DNA from: Neoechinorhynchus agilis
Lineage: Eukaryota; Animalia; Acanthocephala
Reading direction: 5' to 3'
Assembly (NCBI GenBank): GCA_051530055.1
Contig: CM121341.1
Coordinates: forward strand, 9,464,784 to 9,528,783
Length of the DNA stretch: 64,000 nt
Below, one piece after another: positions 1-12,560 of the stretch. Positions within the stretch are counted from its first letter, which is position 1. Each line of letters opens with the position of its first letter. The notes under the pieces are model-generated. The model did no database searches. It was not told the DNA's origin and was given only the letters and a program-made list of their open reading frames with translations. A program made the position numbers and the translations under genes.

Positions 1-1500
1 TCTCAAACGATTTCGAGAAATTGATCGATAATTTCATGCCGTCGCAGAAATCTGTAATGTTTGAGATTTCAGCCCCGTTTGTCCTAGACGGGAACTGCTG
101 GATATTTTATACGAGGAGGTGGGCTAGAAGAGGAGACGAGGACGCAGGAGTGATCTGAGTTGGCGAATGGCGGTAGTTTAGTAGCGGTTGTGTAGGCTTG
201 TATGTTGGAGAACACTTTTTCGAGGCGGGATTTTTGCCGTGTAGGAAATTTGATGAGTTGATGCAGGTCAGAGAGTGGCGTAAATTGAAAAAGGTTGTTA
301 AAGTCGCCTGCAGTGAGGAAGTGGTGTGAATTGTTGCTGTTGAACAGATCCATCAGTGTTTCTATTTGGGCTTCTGCGGCCGAAGGGCGAGAATAGGGAG
401 GACGGTAGACGCCTGCGATCGAGAACTCTCGGAAGCTGTTTCTTAAGTGGGTGGAGAGATGAATGGCAATGAACTTAAGGTCGGGATGTTGTAGGGAACC
501 TATGCAGGATACAAAATGGGGCAGTAGAGTGCGAAAGGATTGAGATTCCTCCCCCTGTTTTATCTTCGCGATAAGAGTGAAACGCTGAGAACCCGGGCAG
601 GATTGCGGAGTCCTTGTTTATAAGGGTAAGCCATGTTTCGGTTGTTATTATGATATCCGCATTGGTGCTTGCTGACATACTTATAACCTCATCGAGTTTG
701 AGAAGGAGGCTGCGAGCATTTGAGTAAAGTATCCTAGGAAAGTATATTTCCTTCTAGGATTGAGGCGATGATTTGCTGAGACCGACTTGGCGTCAGATAC
801 GCTTAACTCGGTGGCGCATAAGGAGCGTTCATGGGATGGATTAGTGGGTGCGAAAATAGATGTGGAGCGTATATCGCAGGGATTGGGTGTGAGAATCGAT
901 TTGTCGGATAAATTAGGGGTTGCTGTTGCGGTGATGGTCGTTGTAGAAGATACGGAGACGCCCATTGCTGTGCCAAAGGGGTATAGTTGGTAGTGCCGAC
1001 CAAGTTACGGCGGGTTCTTTGGGCACATTCGAAAAATTTACGGCGTTGGATCCATTTGGCTGAGACGAGGGATATATGGGCCGAGTTTTCTTGAGGGGTC
1101 GTGAGCGTAATTTTTGCTGTTGTTGATGAGTTCCCCCGAGAGCTTGAGGATGCTTTTTTGTGATTGTAAGGTTGAGCTTGCCCTTTGGGCGGAAATGCGA
1201 TAAGGAAAGGATGATGAGTGCATAACCCCTCCTTTTCCCACGAATAAAGAGGCTGTGAGCGGAGAGAAAATTCCGGCAAGAGGGTTTGGGTCATTTGCAT
1301 GATTTCTTGTTAGTGGTGTAGATTGCTCGAGGCATGATCAGTATGTGGGCATTCTGGGATTCCAGAAATGAAGACGCTGCAGTCTTGTGAATGGGCAGGG
1401 GAGTGAAGAAGTGGGGGCACTTCGAGGCGAGCGCGGTGGGCGAGTCAGGGCCGGTTCGAGGATTCTGAGTGTCCATACATTGAGAACACGTCAAGAGTGC
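1..1500 (-). mobile_element. 5' part of an APE-type non-LTR retrotransposon (CR1/L2/Jockey-like): decayed ORF1 plus AP endonuclease
   Basis: Minus-strand motifs DIIITTETWL (ORF 475-678), GGGISI, GVYRPP, AGDFN and SDH (ORF 84-353) in several frames. The ORF1 assignment upstream is positional inference. Confidence 0.75.
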
Positions 1501-2032
1501 CATCCTTTGCAATGGTCGATTGGATGAAAGATGAAGCTGATTTGATTGTTATTTTGTTTGGGGGGAGGGGCCGATTTAGCGTCCGGTACAGTAATGATAG
1601 TGTCGGATTCGGTTTGAGTTCGAAGTTGTGTGCTTACTTCAGTGATTGAGTGTTTAGGGGTTAATTTCGAGAGTATCCGTGCGCAACGGAACTCACACAG
1701 TCCGGGCTTGAACACGAAATACGTTTTGTGTTTAGTTTGTTGGATTTTCTGACCATTTTAAAAAACTGACGAAGGCGGATGACTAGTTGCCTTGAATAGA
1801 TTTATTTTGCTGTTTTTAAGTTCTGAAATTTCGCAAAACGATTCTTGTCATTAAATGCCAGAATTTAAAAACGCCTAAACGAACTTGCTTATTTCAATTG
1901 AAACAGTCATTATTTCGGTTGTATTCTGGCGGAGAAATTGAAATGATTTTATTTTAAAATCCAGCTACTTATGTACTGTATCGACTACATTTAAACGGTG
2001 AAGTTAAGTTAAAATAAATAAAGATACCAAAA

Positions 2033-4151
2033 TATTCTCAATGGCGAATTGTAACACACTCGAGCTTTATTATTGAAATCAATCTTGCGAATTTTCAAGG
2101 TCTCAGCCTCCTCCCAGAGTATCTAAAAATGGACGTGAGCCTTGACTCGAGTGCGCAGGACCGTCGATTCCCGAGGTGATATTCACCCCCTGCGCAAAAG
2201 ACAAATAGAGATTCCTCGTCGGAAATCTTAGAGAATGATTGCTCTTGTTCCCTTCCATTGTGTCCTCCATATCAATGAGCAGAGCCTCGTTTATCAACCT
2301 GCTCTGTTGGTTCCTCTCGGCCATCATTGTAAACGCGTTTTCAAAATCGATTCTGTGGTCGTTGTTGATAGCGTGATTGAACAAAGCTGATGACACGTCA
2401 CCTCGTCGTAGCGGATACTCATGTTTCTCTACTCTTTTTCGCATCCCCTGTTTTGTCTGTCCAACATTGACTTGGTCGCAATCCTTACAGTTTATCGAAT
2501 ATACCACGCATCTCCGTAAGCTGTGATGGTCTCACTTTCAGTATCCCGCTCAGTTTGAGTCCTGACGAATAGTAGGGAACCAGATTCGTCGAACTCGGCT
2601 TTGTAAAAATGGGTGTCAGCATGTTACCCATCCTCGTTGAGATGAACTGAACTCGAATGAATTTCTTCTTTAAACCGTCTCTAACATCACTTTTCGTCGT
2701 GGTCTTCACTCGAGCCAATGCCTTCCTTATAGAATATGTCGCGTACTCAAGGTCCTGAAGTTTTACAAAGATGCTCTCAATGTCCTTCCTCACCTTTTGA
2801 TCATTGTTTACGATCTTTATGACTCGCTTGAGGATGTTTGCTACAGCATTGATTTTGTACTTGGCAGGTCCGTGGCGGGTTTACTTGGCTTATTGAATAA
2901 CGACGTCGTGATCAAGGTTCCTTGTTGTTGTATCAACACATCTAAGAAGCTGATCCTTCCCTGCTCGTCCTTTGGGGTGATGCTCCACTTTATCAACGGA
3001 TTTATTCCGTTCAATTGATCCCCTAACTTCATTTTAATAGGATCCTTGTTAGTCACTGCAAACACATCGTCAACGTACCTCCACCACGCCACAATCACAG
3101 GAAACCTCAATCTCAGTTGCTTCTCATATTCGATCATATAGATGTTGGCCAACGCTGGTCCTAACGGTGATCCCATTACAAATCCGTTCGTCTGGTCGTA
3201 GAATTTTCCTTCGAATGAGAACCCAGACTTCGACGTGCAATGATCAATCAGTACTGACCAATCATCCATATCCAGCTTGGGATCCAAACATCGTGCGGCC
3301 AAGATAGTTGCTTCCTTTATCGGTACGTTCGTAAATAGTGCCGTGAATCTGCCGTCCAAAGGAAGTTGTTGCGAGGATCGAATATTCCGATTGCTTCAAC
3401 GAATGGCGGGCCATCTTTAACGTATGATGCTGGAGTTTCCATGTTATCCCGAATTAGTGTGTTAATATCCTTTGCTAACTTGTGGCCAAACAAAGAGTAA
3501 GACGCCAGTGATCGGTCTGACCTTCAGAAATGGTTTGTGGACCTCTGGTAGCAGGTACATGAAGCCCGGCTCCGCATTAGAAGATCTTATTCTCGCATAC
3601 CAGTTTTGGGTAATTTTCCCGGCCAATTTAAAACCGCTCAAGTAACTGTTAAATCCACGTTCTCTTATCGAAGTTGGATCCTTCTTAAATTATTGGAATT
3701 GGTTTGCTTTCGATATATCCATACCCACCTCCATATAGTCCGTTGTGTTTAGCATGACTAATGTTTTCCCTTTGTCCGCTCGGCATGCTCTTATAGTTTT
3801 GTCCTCTTTCAATACTTTCAACGCATGCTTTTCCTCCTTTGACATATTGTCCTTATTCCAGTTATTCTCTCTCAAAGCCATTTCGTCGTAGTGAACGATA
3901 TCACAGAACATCTCGTCTTCCACTCTTTAATCATTGCCTCGGTGTATGCTTCGCCTTAAGAATCTGATATCCTTGGAATCAAACGTTCTTGTTAACCATT
4001 CCCAGATACTCCTCCTCGGGAATCGACGGTCCCGCGCACCCGAGTCAGGGCTACCAACTTTAAGATGCTTGCGAAGGAGGCTGAGACCTTGAAAATTCGC
4101 AAGATTGATTTCAATAAAACTCGAGTGCGTTACAATTCGCCATTGAGAATA
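2033..4151 (-). mobile_element. Penelope-like element (RT + GIY-YIG), frameshifted, bounded by inverted pLTR copies
   Basis: ADKG motif (3690-3923); RT motifs ALFTNVP, GFVMGSPLGPALANIYM and RYVDDVF (2841-3359); GIY-YIG VYSINCKDC..VGQT (2103-2507). 2033-2176 is the reverse complement of 4014-4151. Confidence 0.9.
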
Positions 4152-4189
4152 CACATCCACTCGAAGGAACAATTGGACAGATGGAATAC

Positions 4190-4790
4190 CAAAATATAGT
4201 GAAAATATTATTGTTTTGCAACAAAATTATAATAATAACATAAGCTAATCGTATGAAGCAACCGTCCAATACAAATGTCTTCAAAAATCATGTTGAAGGG
4301 AGCTCGGCCCTCCGCCAGCAATGCCGCCTACCATTTTAAATGATGACGGGATATTCCTCTGTGCCGTTTGTTCCTCCATTTGGCGGAATCCCACATCTTT
4401 TAGACGTGTTAGGTGCAACTCCACTTTGTTGGTCCACAAAATTATAACTGTGATTGACAGTCATATGAGTGAAGCGAGCTTTCTGTAGCTCAACTGTGTT
4501 GTAGGCCCTCCAACAGTCGGAAATAATTGTTGACCCTGGCTCAACGTTAAGCCGAATTTGGTTGAGTAGGATTTCTGCAGTTCGGTTATGGATTTCCACT
4601 AAAAATCTTGCACCGGTCTCCGTACACAACCCTCCAAACAATCACTGTTGAGGCAACATCTTTCTTGAGTTATTCTTCCTTTTGGAGAGCAAGGTCTCGT
4701 CTACTTCAACTACTTTGCCGACTCCTTCCAATTTTTCCAGTTTTTTGTTGTTTTACAGAGCTATGTCCATAACTGCAATATTATACTTTG
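4190..4790 (-). mobile_element. Merlin/ISXO2 (IS1595-like) DDE transposase fragment
   Basis: VGKVVEVDETLLSK upstream, then MFGGL..RFLVEIHNRTAEILL..I..NVEPGSTIISDCWRAY..TVNHSYNFVD (4336-4641); frameshifted; no TIRs identified. Confidence 0.85.
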
Positions 4791-5149
4791 AGATCTTTTT
4801 CGCTGTCTGGGGTGGTGCGGTAGGGAAAGGGTATTTCCCCTTTGCTTCCCCGAATCCCTTGGAATCCGCTTCTGGTCGATATAATACCTAAGTACCAAAA
4901 TCCGATATTTCGGCACAGTCTTGTACACGTTTTATGAAGGTTGCTTGTAGTGTTCAGTTTCGAATCCGAACATTCTCTGATGGAACAAAATTCGACTTAT
5001 CTCTTGACTTCATTGATGCAGACAAAAAAGATTCTTATGTTGGATACAATGAAGTTCCAATAACCACAAAGTTCTTCGTTGTCCTTTGTTCTCTTGTATT
5101 TACTGCTTTTCTACTGAACGGGATCGTATCGCTTCTGTTCTCAATCGGT

Positions 5150-5540
5150 AAAAAAACCCAATGAAGTTACTGCAAATGGACCGCCCCAATTACTTTTGCT
5201 CTGATGCCCTCCTCTGCATCTACGATACGCTTGTGCGCCCTCGAAACCTTCCACAAGAGAGCAGCGAGAATATGCGGGACTTCACTCCCTTCCCTCGACG
5301 CCCACCTCCACTCCATTTTCAAACCCCTCCACAATTTTCTTCCCTCATCTCTAAATACTCTTCCCTCGTAATTACCCATAACCCCAACCTTTTTATTCCC
5401 CCTCGCTCGTACCGCCCTCTACTAAAAATCTTTCCTCCCTCGAGCCCAATCTTTCCTTAATAACCGGAGAACAAGGAAAGACTCCCAATCGATCATCTCC
5501 TGTACAAAGCCTCCGATCGTACATGAAAACTCCTAAAAAG
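5150..5540 (+). mobile_element. 3' remnant of a CR1/L2-like LINE RT
   Basis: ALLCIYDTLVRP, then LETFHKRAARI in the next frame, resembling the post-RT L..LY..LVRP.LEY / LE..QRRA.R segment. Confidence 0.5.
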
Positions 5541-5899
5541 AAGAGCAATCTTTCTAGGAAATATAAAATAACAGGCTGGCTTAAGGTTTCGTCGTTTGAG
5601 GATATATTAAATTCTATTTTTGAATTTCACTCTTAGGGTTCCCTCAAAGATATCCCTCCAACAATAATTTTTCGGAAAAAAATCGCAAGGTTTGGTCAAA
5701 TAATCCAAAATTGGCGTCTTCGAATTCCAGTTCTGGTACCAAAAATTTTAATCTACTAGCCCATGATAGTATCGTTCATTTGGCCCGAACGATACTAAAC
5801 TGCTCTCCTTACGCTTAGCGAAAGATTAATGTCTCACGTCGTATTTTCATTATCAAAAATGGAAAAAAATTAATTTCACAGCCAAAGGAGCTGCGCCCC

Positions 5900-6820
5900 A
5901 TTTCCTTACAGAATCCATTTGTCACAATTTACGAGAGAGCTCTGGCGCGTCGTTTATTTTCATTTATATCGGAGCACAACTGTATCTCGGCCAATTGCCA
6001 TGGATTTCAAAAAGAAAAATCAGCACACTCCGCGCTTACTAATATCTACGATAGTTTTATGATCTCCAATCTGTCTATGCGTAAGACTCCCAATCGGTCA
6101 TCTCCTGTACAAAGCCTCCGATCGCACATTAAAACTCCTTCAAAGACAAGTCCCACCTCCCTGCCTCAACATCCGACATCCAGACAAAGGCCATATTAAT
6201 ATCAATCCCTTGTTGGGAATGTTTACATCCCATTTTTTCAAAGCTGTTAGATTTTTGCTCTTCTCACAAGCATAAGTACGTACAGCAAGACGTTCTGAAT
6301 TTCAACGTAAAGAGATGCGGATATCTGAGTTCGGTACCATACATCTTCTCTTGGCTAATGACTCTGATCAGCGGAGTAATGTGTGATAAACTTATTAACG
6401 CCGGAACGATGGATCGTACAATGGCACGAAAAGTCTTTACAGCGCTCGGAAACTTTCTACCTGGAAGCAGCTTCGGCCGGTACCCTGCTGTTTACGCTGG
6501 CCTTGGCGACGATAGAATTTAATACAGGAGGTGAGTTGTCTTGAGACATGGCAGCAAGATTTGCTGGCATAATCTGGGGTATTTCTAACACGTTTGGAAT
6601 ACTGCCAGGAGTATTGTGCCCGACAATGGTCGGCGTGATAGTGAAAGATGGATTGGCAAACCAGTGGCACATTATATTTAGAATTTGTGCCGTTTGCTAT
6701 TTCATTTCGGGATTATCTTTTATATTGATGGGAACCGCGGAGATGCAATCATGGGCCCTCGATAAATACGAACTCGAGATAGATGAGCTGGAAGAGGATG
6801 ATGAAATAGCTACTTTGTGA
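5900..6820 (+). pseudogene. SLC17/sialin-like MFS anion transporter, disrupted C-terminal half
   Basis: GYLSSVPYIFSWL..ISGVMCDKLI..RKVFTALG, then DMAARFAGIIWGISNTFGILPGVLCPTMVG..QWHIIF..GTAEMQSWA. There is a frameshift near 6470, an in-frame TGA before 6548 and foreign sequence at ~6083-6180. Confidence 0.8.
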
Positions 6821-7413
6821 CTGATGAAATTTTCATAGATCGCTATAATAAAATATTTATTTCATGTTTCCAGTGCTCGTGATCGAGGTAAAAACAATTG
6901 GACACGTAAGCCGGGTACAAGGAGCAAATAAAATTTAATAATGATATTATCCTTTACCACAAATTCATGCTCCATTTTGGATAATCTTTCTATTCTTCAT
7001 TGATAAATAAATCACCAAAACATATTGTTGGTCGAATAAAAACTGGTCAAGAATACTTTATCGTGAAAACATTACCCACGAGGTGATTAAATCTTCGTCA
7101 ATACGAACAAAACGTAACACTATTACACTTCATGCCTTTTGCTTTGACGTTAATGCTTTGGTCTTTAGTTCATTATCTAATGCAAATCGACTATAATAAA
7201 TATCAGTGCTTTAAATCTAAATGAATATTTAAAATCATGTTACGGAAAATCTTCTTCGACTGCAAAGAAAACCATTGAATTAATTTCAAAAGCTTCGCTT
7301 ATCGTAATCATGAGAATTAGATTTCGTATTCTGTTTACAAAATTAATTGGCTTAGAAATAATCGTATTTTCAACTTATTTTGATACAGTGACTCGGAAAT
7401 AAATTAACGTTTA

Positions 7414-7694
7414 GGCTGTTTTATGGCGAAGAAATTAAAATGATTTTGTTTTAAAATCCGGTATTTCGGAGGCACTACCTTGTACGCGTTTATGGAGGTT
7501 GTAAATTGTTTCGAGATCAAATTGAAAGTTATAAAGATCGATTTTCGCTAACGATCTCTCACTGTGAAAAATACCTTTATAACTTTCAATTTGATCTCGA
7601 AACAATTTACAACCTTGATAAACGCGTACAAGATGATGCCGAAATATCGGATTTAAAAATAAAATCATTTTAAATTCTTCGCCGTAAAACAACC
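7414..7694. mobile_element. MITE / foldback element with ~130 bp imperfect terminal inverted repeats
   Basis: ggctgttttatggcgaagaaattaaaatgatttt... pairs with ...aaaatcattttaaattcttcgccgtaaaacaacc. The same terminus recurs at 1917, 13650, 17535 and ~26740-26790. Confidence 0.8.
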
Positions 7695-8211
7695 AATATG
7701 AACAATTCAATCTTCAAACATAATTACCGTTTATTCTTAACAAGCCAGTTTAGCCGGCATTGCGCAGGTAGACCTTATTGAAGAATAGATAATCAATATT
7801 CTATCGTTAAAAAATGATCAAAAACTACGCTAATTAAAATTCAAAAATCGCCTGGCATTGCCATCGACGGACTCTCCTTTGCAGTCTTCGATTTGATTTA
7901 ATTAGATGCTAAAATTCTGCCGTTAAACACGATTAGTTCGCTAACTAGTGAGGAATCCTTCTTACAGACTTGAATTTCGTTCACTACCAATTAAATGATC
8001 GCTTACAATTCGAACCCATGTCGTTTTTCTGGATTATACGGAATGCAATTATTTTGAATCTTTTAAAATTCAAAACAACTGGCCATTGGAATTCTTAAAC
8101 AAAAAATTCCGTGATCAAAACCGGTTCTTTTTCCTGCTAGGCTAAATTTGCGCCCCATCGCGTCGAACTATAAAATTAACCGAAGATTAAATCTATACGT
8201 CATATAATTAA

Positions 8212-8235
8212 TGAACACGTGACGTCACGTGTTCA
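8212..8235. promoter_or_regulatory. Perfect 24 bp palindrome: CRE flanked by two overlapping E-boxes
   Basis: tgaacacgtgacgtcacgtgttca, ~225 bp upstream of the ATG at 8461. Function is inferred. Confidence 0.55.
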
Positions 8236-8460
8236 ATCTCCCTCACCCCCGGATTCATACTTTCCCAAATATTTAATAGCAAAGAAACAAACAAATTGCT
8301 CGGCCTTATGTATTTAGAACTTCGAAGTTCAATAGAAGGTGCTTCAGCCCAATAGTTCTCCTAAACCTGAAAAAATTGGCCCACATAGCCTCCTTGTATC
8401 GAATTTGCTTTAAATTTATAAACAGAAGTAGATTTCAACTTACTTTTACTTTAGACAAAA

Positions 8461-10020
8461 ATGACATCGTCTCTCACTACCGCCTACAACTGCAGTGCAA
8501 AATTCAAAATGAACGAAGTGAGTCTTGTCGAACTAAAGAGGAAAATGCCGCATACGGAATTGCAAAAAGGACCAACAATCTTATACACTGTACCAAATGA
8601 TCGTGAAGATTTGATGTTTCCTGGTGCAACGGCTCGCATTTTTGGAAGTGGGAAAGTCGTCGTAAATGTACAAAGCGAAGTACAAGACGGAGCAAAGTTA
8701 TTTTCTAATCATGTTGCTGAACTCATTGGTAACATTTGCCTCAGAGCCGGACAAATGAGCGATTATTCGATTACAAATATCGGATTGAATATAACTTTAA
8801 AATATTGCGTTGACCTTGACTTGTTATTTAACAATTGGGAAGCAATGAAGTTGCCAGATTTGAGGAAAACTGTAAAGCGGGTATATTATTATCCAGAGTT
8901 CTCCAAAGTCGGAGAAATTTGGTTTAGGGAATCAAGCGTAAAAATCACTGCTCATGGCAATGAAATGCTCCAACTTTCGGGTACAAGCGCCGAGGAGATG
9001 ATGGAGAAATTTAAAATAGTTGAACCCCTGCTAGAAATTTCGAAGAAAACAAACAAACCCGCGAGATCTTCCAGTAAACCCAGAAAACGTACAGCTGATG
9101 TTGAACTTTCGGATAAATCAGTAGTAGCTGAACCAAAGAGAAGGTTAACGGAACACGAAACGACCGCAAAAGACGAGCAACATCAGAATGAAACTGAAGT
9201 GAAACGTTCACGTCCTGATCGTAACGATCCCGATAGGTCAGTTCAGCGAGTTTCATCGTATGGCGTTTCCACTGGATCAACTCAATGGCCATTGGTTCAA
9301 ATGGGACAATCCTTCTCCCAACAGCAGCAAATAAATCGCAGCCACCAACGATCGATTCAACAACGACACCAAAATGCCAATACGAGTGTTCAATCTAACT
9401 ACATGGCGTCTATACCATCGTACGGTGAAAGTTTTGTTCAACCAATGAGCAGTCAACAGGAAGTTCCGTTGGATCTGTCGATGCCGCGAGGACGCTATCC
9501 AATACAACAAGACAACCGAGGAAATGCCTACTCGCAGCATTCTTACCAATTGCAAAGGTATCCGCAAACGTGGACCCCTTACGATTTGATTGCGGTTCAA
9601 CCTCAGGCGCAACCCATGAGCAATGCCTATAACAATTTCCAAGGAACTTCATTATCGACCTCTAATGAGTACGTCTATCGACCAGGATATTCCCGAATGA
9701 TAAATCAATCGGTGCCAAATAGTATGGAAGTTTATCCTGGAGGATATTACGCCGAAAGGCCCTATATTAATGAACGTTTTCCACAGCTACTATATCATCG
9801 AGGAAACCAATCCAATCCATCGAGAATGGTACATAACCTTCAAAACTATTACGATGGAGCACGATGGAGTTCGCAACAACCGAATAATTTTCAAGGAATT
9901 CCTCAGTTTCCTACACGAATGGAAATGCCGCAAGGAACAAATTATCGAATGGCTTACAATCCTAATGCGCTGGTCCCACGCAGCCATCAACGACGTACCA
10001 GAAACCGATCACGTCGTTAA
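8461..10020 (+). CDS. Divergent TBP-family (TRF2/TBPL1-like) protein, 519 aa, with C-terminal Q/N/Y/S/P-rich low-complexity tail
   Basis: Repeat 1 ATARIFGSGKVVV resembles TTALIFSSGKMVC. DYSITNIGLNITLKYCVDLDLL resembles [22 protein letters not shown]. YYPEF...LQLSGTSAEEMMEKFKIVEPLL resembles YEPELF...[22 protein letters not shown]. The ORF is uninterrupted. Confidence 0.8.
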   Translation: MTSSLTTAYNCSAKFKMNEVSLVELKRKMPHTELQKGPTILYTVPNDREDLMFPGATARIFGSGKVVVNVQSEVQDGAKLFSNHVAELIGNICLRAGQMSDYSITNIGLNITLKYCVDLDLLFNNWEAMKLPDLRKTVKRVYYYPEFSKVGEIWFRESSVKITAHGNEMLQLSGTSAEEMMEKFKIVEPLLEISKKTNKPARSSSKPRKRTADVELSDKSVVAEPKRRLTEHETTAKDEQHQNETEVKRSRPDRNDPDRSVQRVSSYGVSTGSTQWPLVQMGQSFSQQQQINRSHQRSIQQRHQNANTSVQSNYMASIPSYGESFVQPMSSQQEVPLDLSMPRGRYPIQQDNRGNAYSQHSYQLQRYPQTWTPYDLIAVQPQAQPMSNAYNNFQGTSLSTSNEYVYRPGYSRMINQSVPNSMEVYPGGYYAERPYINERFPQLLYHRGNQSNPSRMVHNLQNYYDGARWSSQQPNNFQGIPQFPTRMEMPQGTNYRMAYNPNALVPRSHQRRTRNRSRR

Positions 10021-10849
10021 TAGGAATCGTTTATATGCTGCAAATTAATTCGATTTGTTTGACGCCACTAATCGAATATTTTCAACTAAGTGCATTTAGC
10101 AAAGGACATTTCCGATTTTTGAAAGACGAACGTCCTGTGGAAATTAAGGAGATTACGACTGTTTTGGTTGTCGTGGAAGATAAATTATGGGAGGAATCGA
10201 TATAAGTTTTCGATCGGCAATGGTAAGAACGAATTTTGAGTTATGAATTGGTATGGATCAGAGACAATTGGATGAGCCGATTTACGGTATAATGATGTAG
10301 GGACTCGGTGATAACTTTATATTTGTTTCGGAAGGAAAATTGTGTTTAATGTGGAAAAACTATGTGGTTGTCTTTTATGGCTTTTCGGGCGCCTATTTAA
10401 TTGCGCATAGTCAAAGAAGTTAGGGATTCGGTTACTATTCGAGTTTTTAGGGTGTGAAATATGTTTTAGGGTATTAAAGATTTATGTCGCGATTACGGGG
10501 TTCAAAAGGTAAAATTTATGGCGCGGGGTGTTTCAAATGATAATTAAACTTAAACACACCTTTATTATCCAGTCTATAATCACTTAAAGTCTCTACTTGT
10601 ACTTTCGTTTGATAAAGTTGCCAGTTTTGGAAGCCAATAATAAATTTAATTTCAGTAACGGCTTCGTCCACACCATTTAGCTGGGCCGAGAAGTCTCTAA
10701 ATTCGTAACTTTGATCTTCAGACGTTACTATGATCGATTGCGAAGTTTGACACGTTAAATAGGGCTTCAGTCCAGGGTGAAACTGCATTAAAGTTACAAA
10801 TCAACGAGCATTGCCCCTAAAATCAAGTGGTGGAGGCTAAAGGATCCTA

Positions 10850-12560
10850 TACTCGGGGAAAAGATTAAAATGGTGCTTACCCAGAAATTGGGCGAGAATG
10901 TGGCTGAACTGGAACGCTAGTGGAATGAGACAGCCGGAGCGATTTGTAGTGAAGCAAAGAACATCCTAGGAATGACATCGGGGAAACCTCCACCCTAAAA
11001 CAAAGAGGCATGGTGGTGGAATCCAGCCGTCAAGGACGCAATCAGTTTGAAAAAATCAGCCAGGAAAAGATTGGATTTTGACGCTTCGGCCTCGAATGCA
11101 GACGCTTACAAGCAGCCAAAAAGGAAGGATGCACGAGAATGTGCCAAAACCAAGAGGGAAGCCAATAACGACCTGTACGAGCAATTACAGCGAGGGAGTT
11201 GTATAGACATGGTCTTCAGGTTGGCCAAAGTCAGGGATAAAAAAACACGGGATATTGTGCACCTCAAAATGACCAGAGATAGCCACGGAACGACGCTGGA
11301 ACAATGCAAGGACATTTTGGATAGGTGGAAGGAATGTTTCAGCACTCTACTGAACACACCCGAATGTCAATATGACGAGGCCGTAGTCGTACGATGAGGT
11401 GGTTACACCGCTCAAGAAAATGAAGACTGGTAGGAACGCCGGCCAAGATAACATTCCGATCGAGCTGTGGCAATCCCTCGGAGTCCTCGGAATAAACTTG
11501 GTTACGAGGCTCTTTCAGAAGATAGATATGGAGGAAAAGATCCCGTGGGAATGACAGGGAAGTATATTGATACCTATCTTCAAAGGCAAAGGAGATGTTC
11601 TGCAGTGTAGGAACTACCCCGCTATCAAACTCATGTCTCACACAATGAAATTGCGGAAACGAATGATCGATCACAGGATAAGAGAGGAGATCCGAATCAG
11701 CGAGGACCAACGAGGATTCATGCCGGTCAGAAGCACAATCGATGCAATATTCGTGCTAAGGCAGCTGTATAAGAGGTTCAGTGCTCGTTGCACAGTGTGT
11801 TCGTCAATTTGCGAGAACGCTGTGTCGCCGCGATTTAGGCGATGTATCGAGAATGCTACACCTTGGTACGATGCCACAGCGGATCCATCGACTATTTTCG
11901 AGTCCCCGTGGGTCTGCAATAGGGTTCGGCTCTGAGCCCATTCTTGTTCACGATCGTAACGTCCTAGGGAATGCGGAAAGAGAAATGAACGCACCATGGA
12001 CGATACTATTCGCGGACGATTAGGTGCTCGGAGCTAGGGACGTGGACACTCTCAGGAATTTGCTGGAGAGTTGGCGACAGCGATTAGAGAGTAACGGATT
12101 GAGAGCGAGCAGGCGCAAAATGAAATATCGGACAAAGAGTTCAATGCGAATGGAACAACTGGAGGAAGACAATTGGCATCCTTTGCGATAAGCGTCTCCC
12201 GAACAAGCTTAAATGGCGGGTGTACAAGGCAGTAGTGGGAACCGCCATGCTCTACGGAGCAGAAACGGTGGCTACGAAGAAGGAAGACGTTCAACGATTA
12301 GCCGTCAACGAAATGCGGATGCTGAGATGGTCCGCAGGATTGACACGCAAGGATCAAGTGCCCAATGAGGAGGTGCGAAAGCTGTTTGTTGTCGATCCGA
12401 TCGAGGAGGCAATCGCTTAGAAGCGGATGGGACGGTACCTGCAGATGACACAAGCAGATGAAGACGCAGCTCGGGGGGAAAAGGAGAAGAGGGAGGCCCA
12501 AGAAGATGTGGAAGGACAGTGTGAGAGAAGATCTCAAGATGCTGGGATGTTGTTGTTGTT
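10850..12560 (+). mobile_element. RTE-clade LINE, decayed RT with 3' (TGT)n tail
   Basis: WWWNPAVKDAI; IPIFKGKGDVLQCRNYPAIKLMSHTMKL; QRGFMP.RSTIDAIFVLRQL; GSALSPFLF; ILFADD; YKAVVGTAMLYGAET; tgttgttgttg at ~12548. Confidence 0.9.

Noticed and set aside
4050-4110. Hammerhead ribozyme in the first Penelope family's pLTR (gagg-ctgaga-cctt-GAAAATTC)
   Set aside because: A helix-II-like stem and GAAA are present, but none of the three copies (also ~2090-2130 and ~26580-26620) has a CUGANGA core.
10516-10788. 90 aa orphan ORF (similarly 4934-5164, 19018-19305, 30793-30975, 61180-61440, 62314-63021)
   Set aside because: No recognisable motif or supported splice structure. Some may be real exons, but this cannot be shown here.
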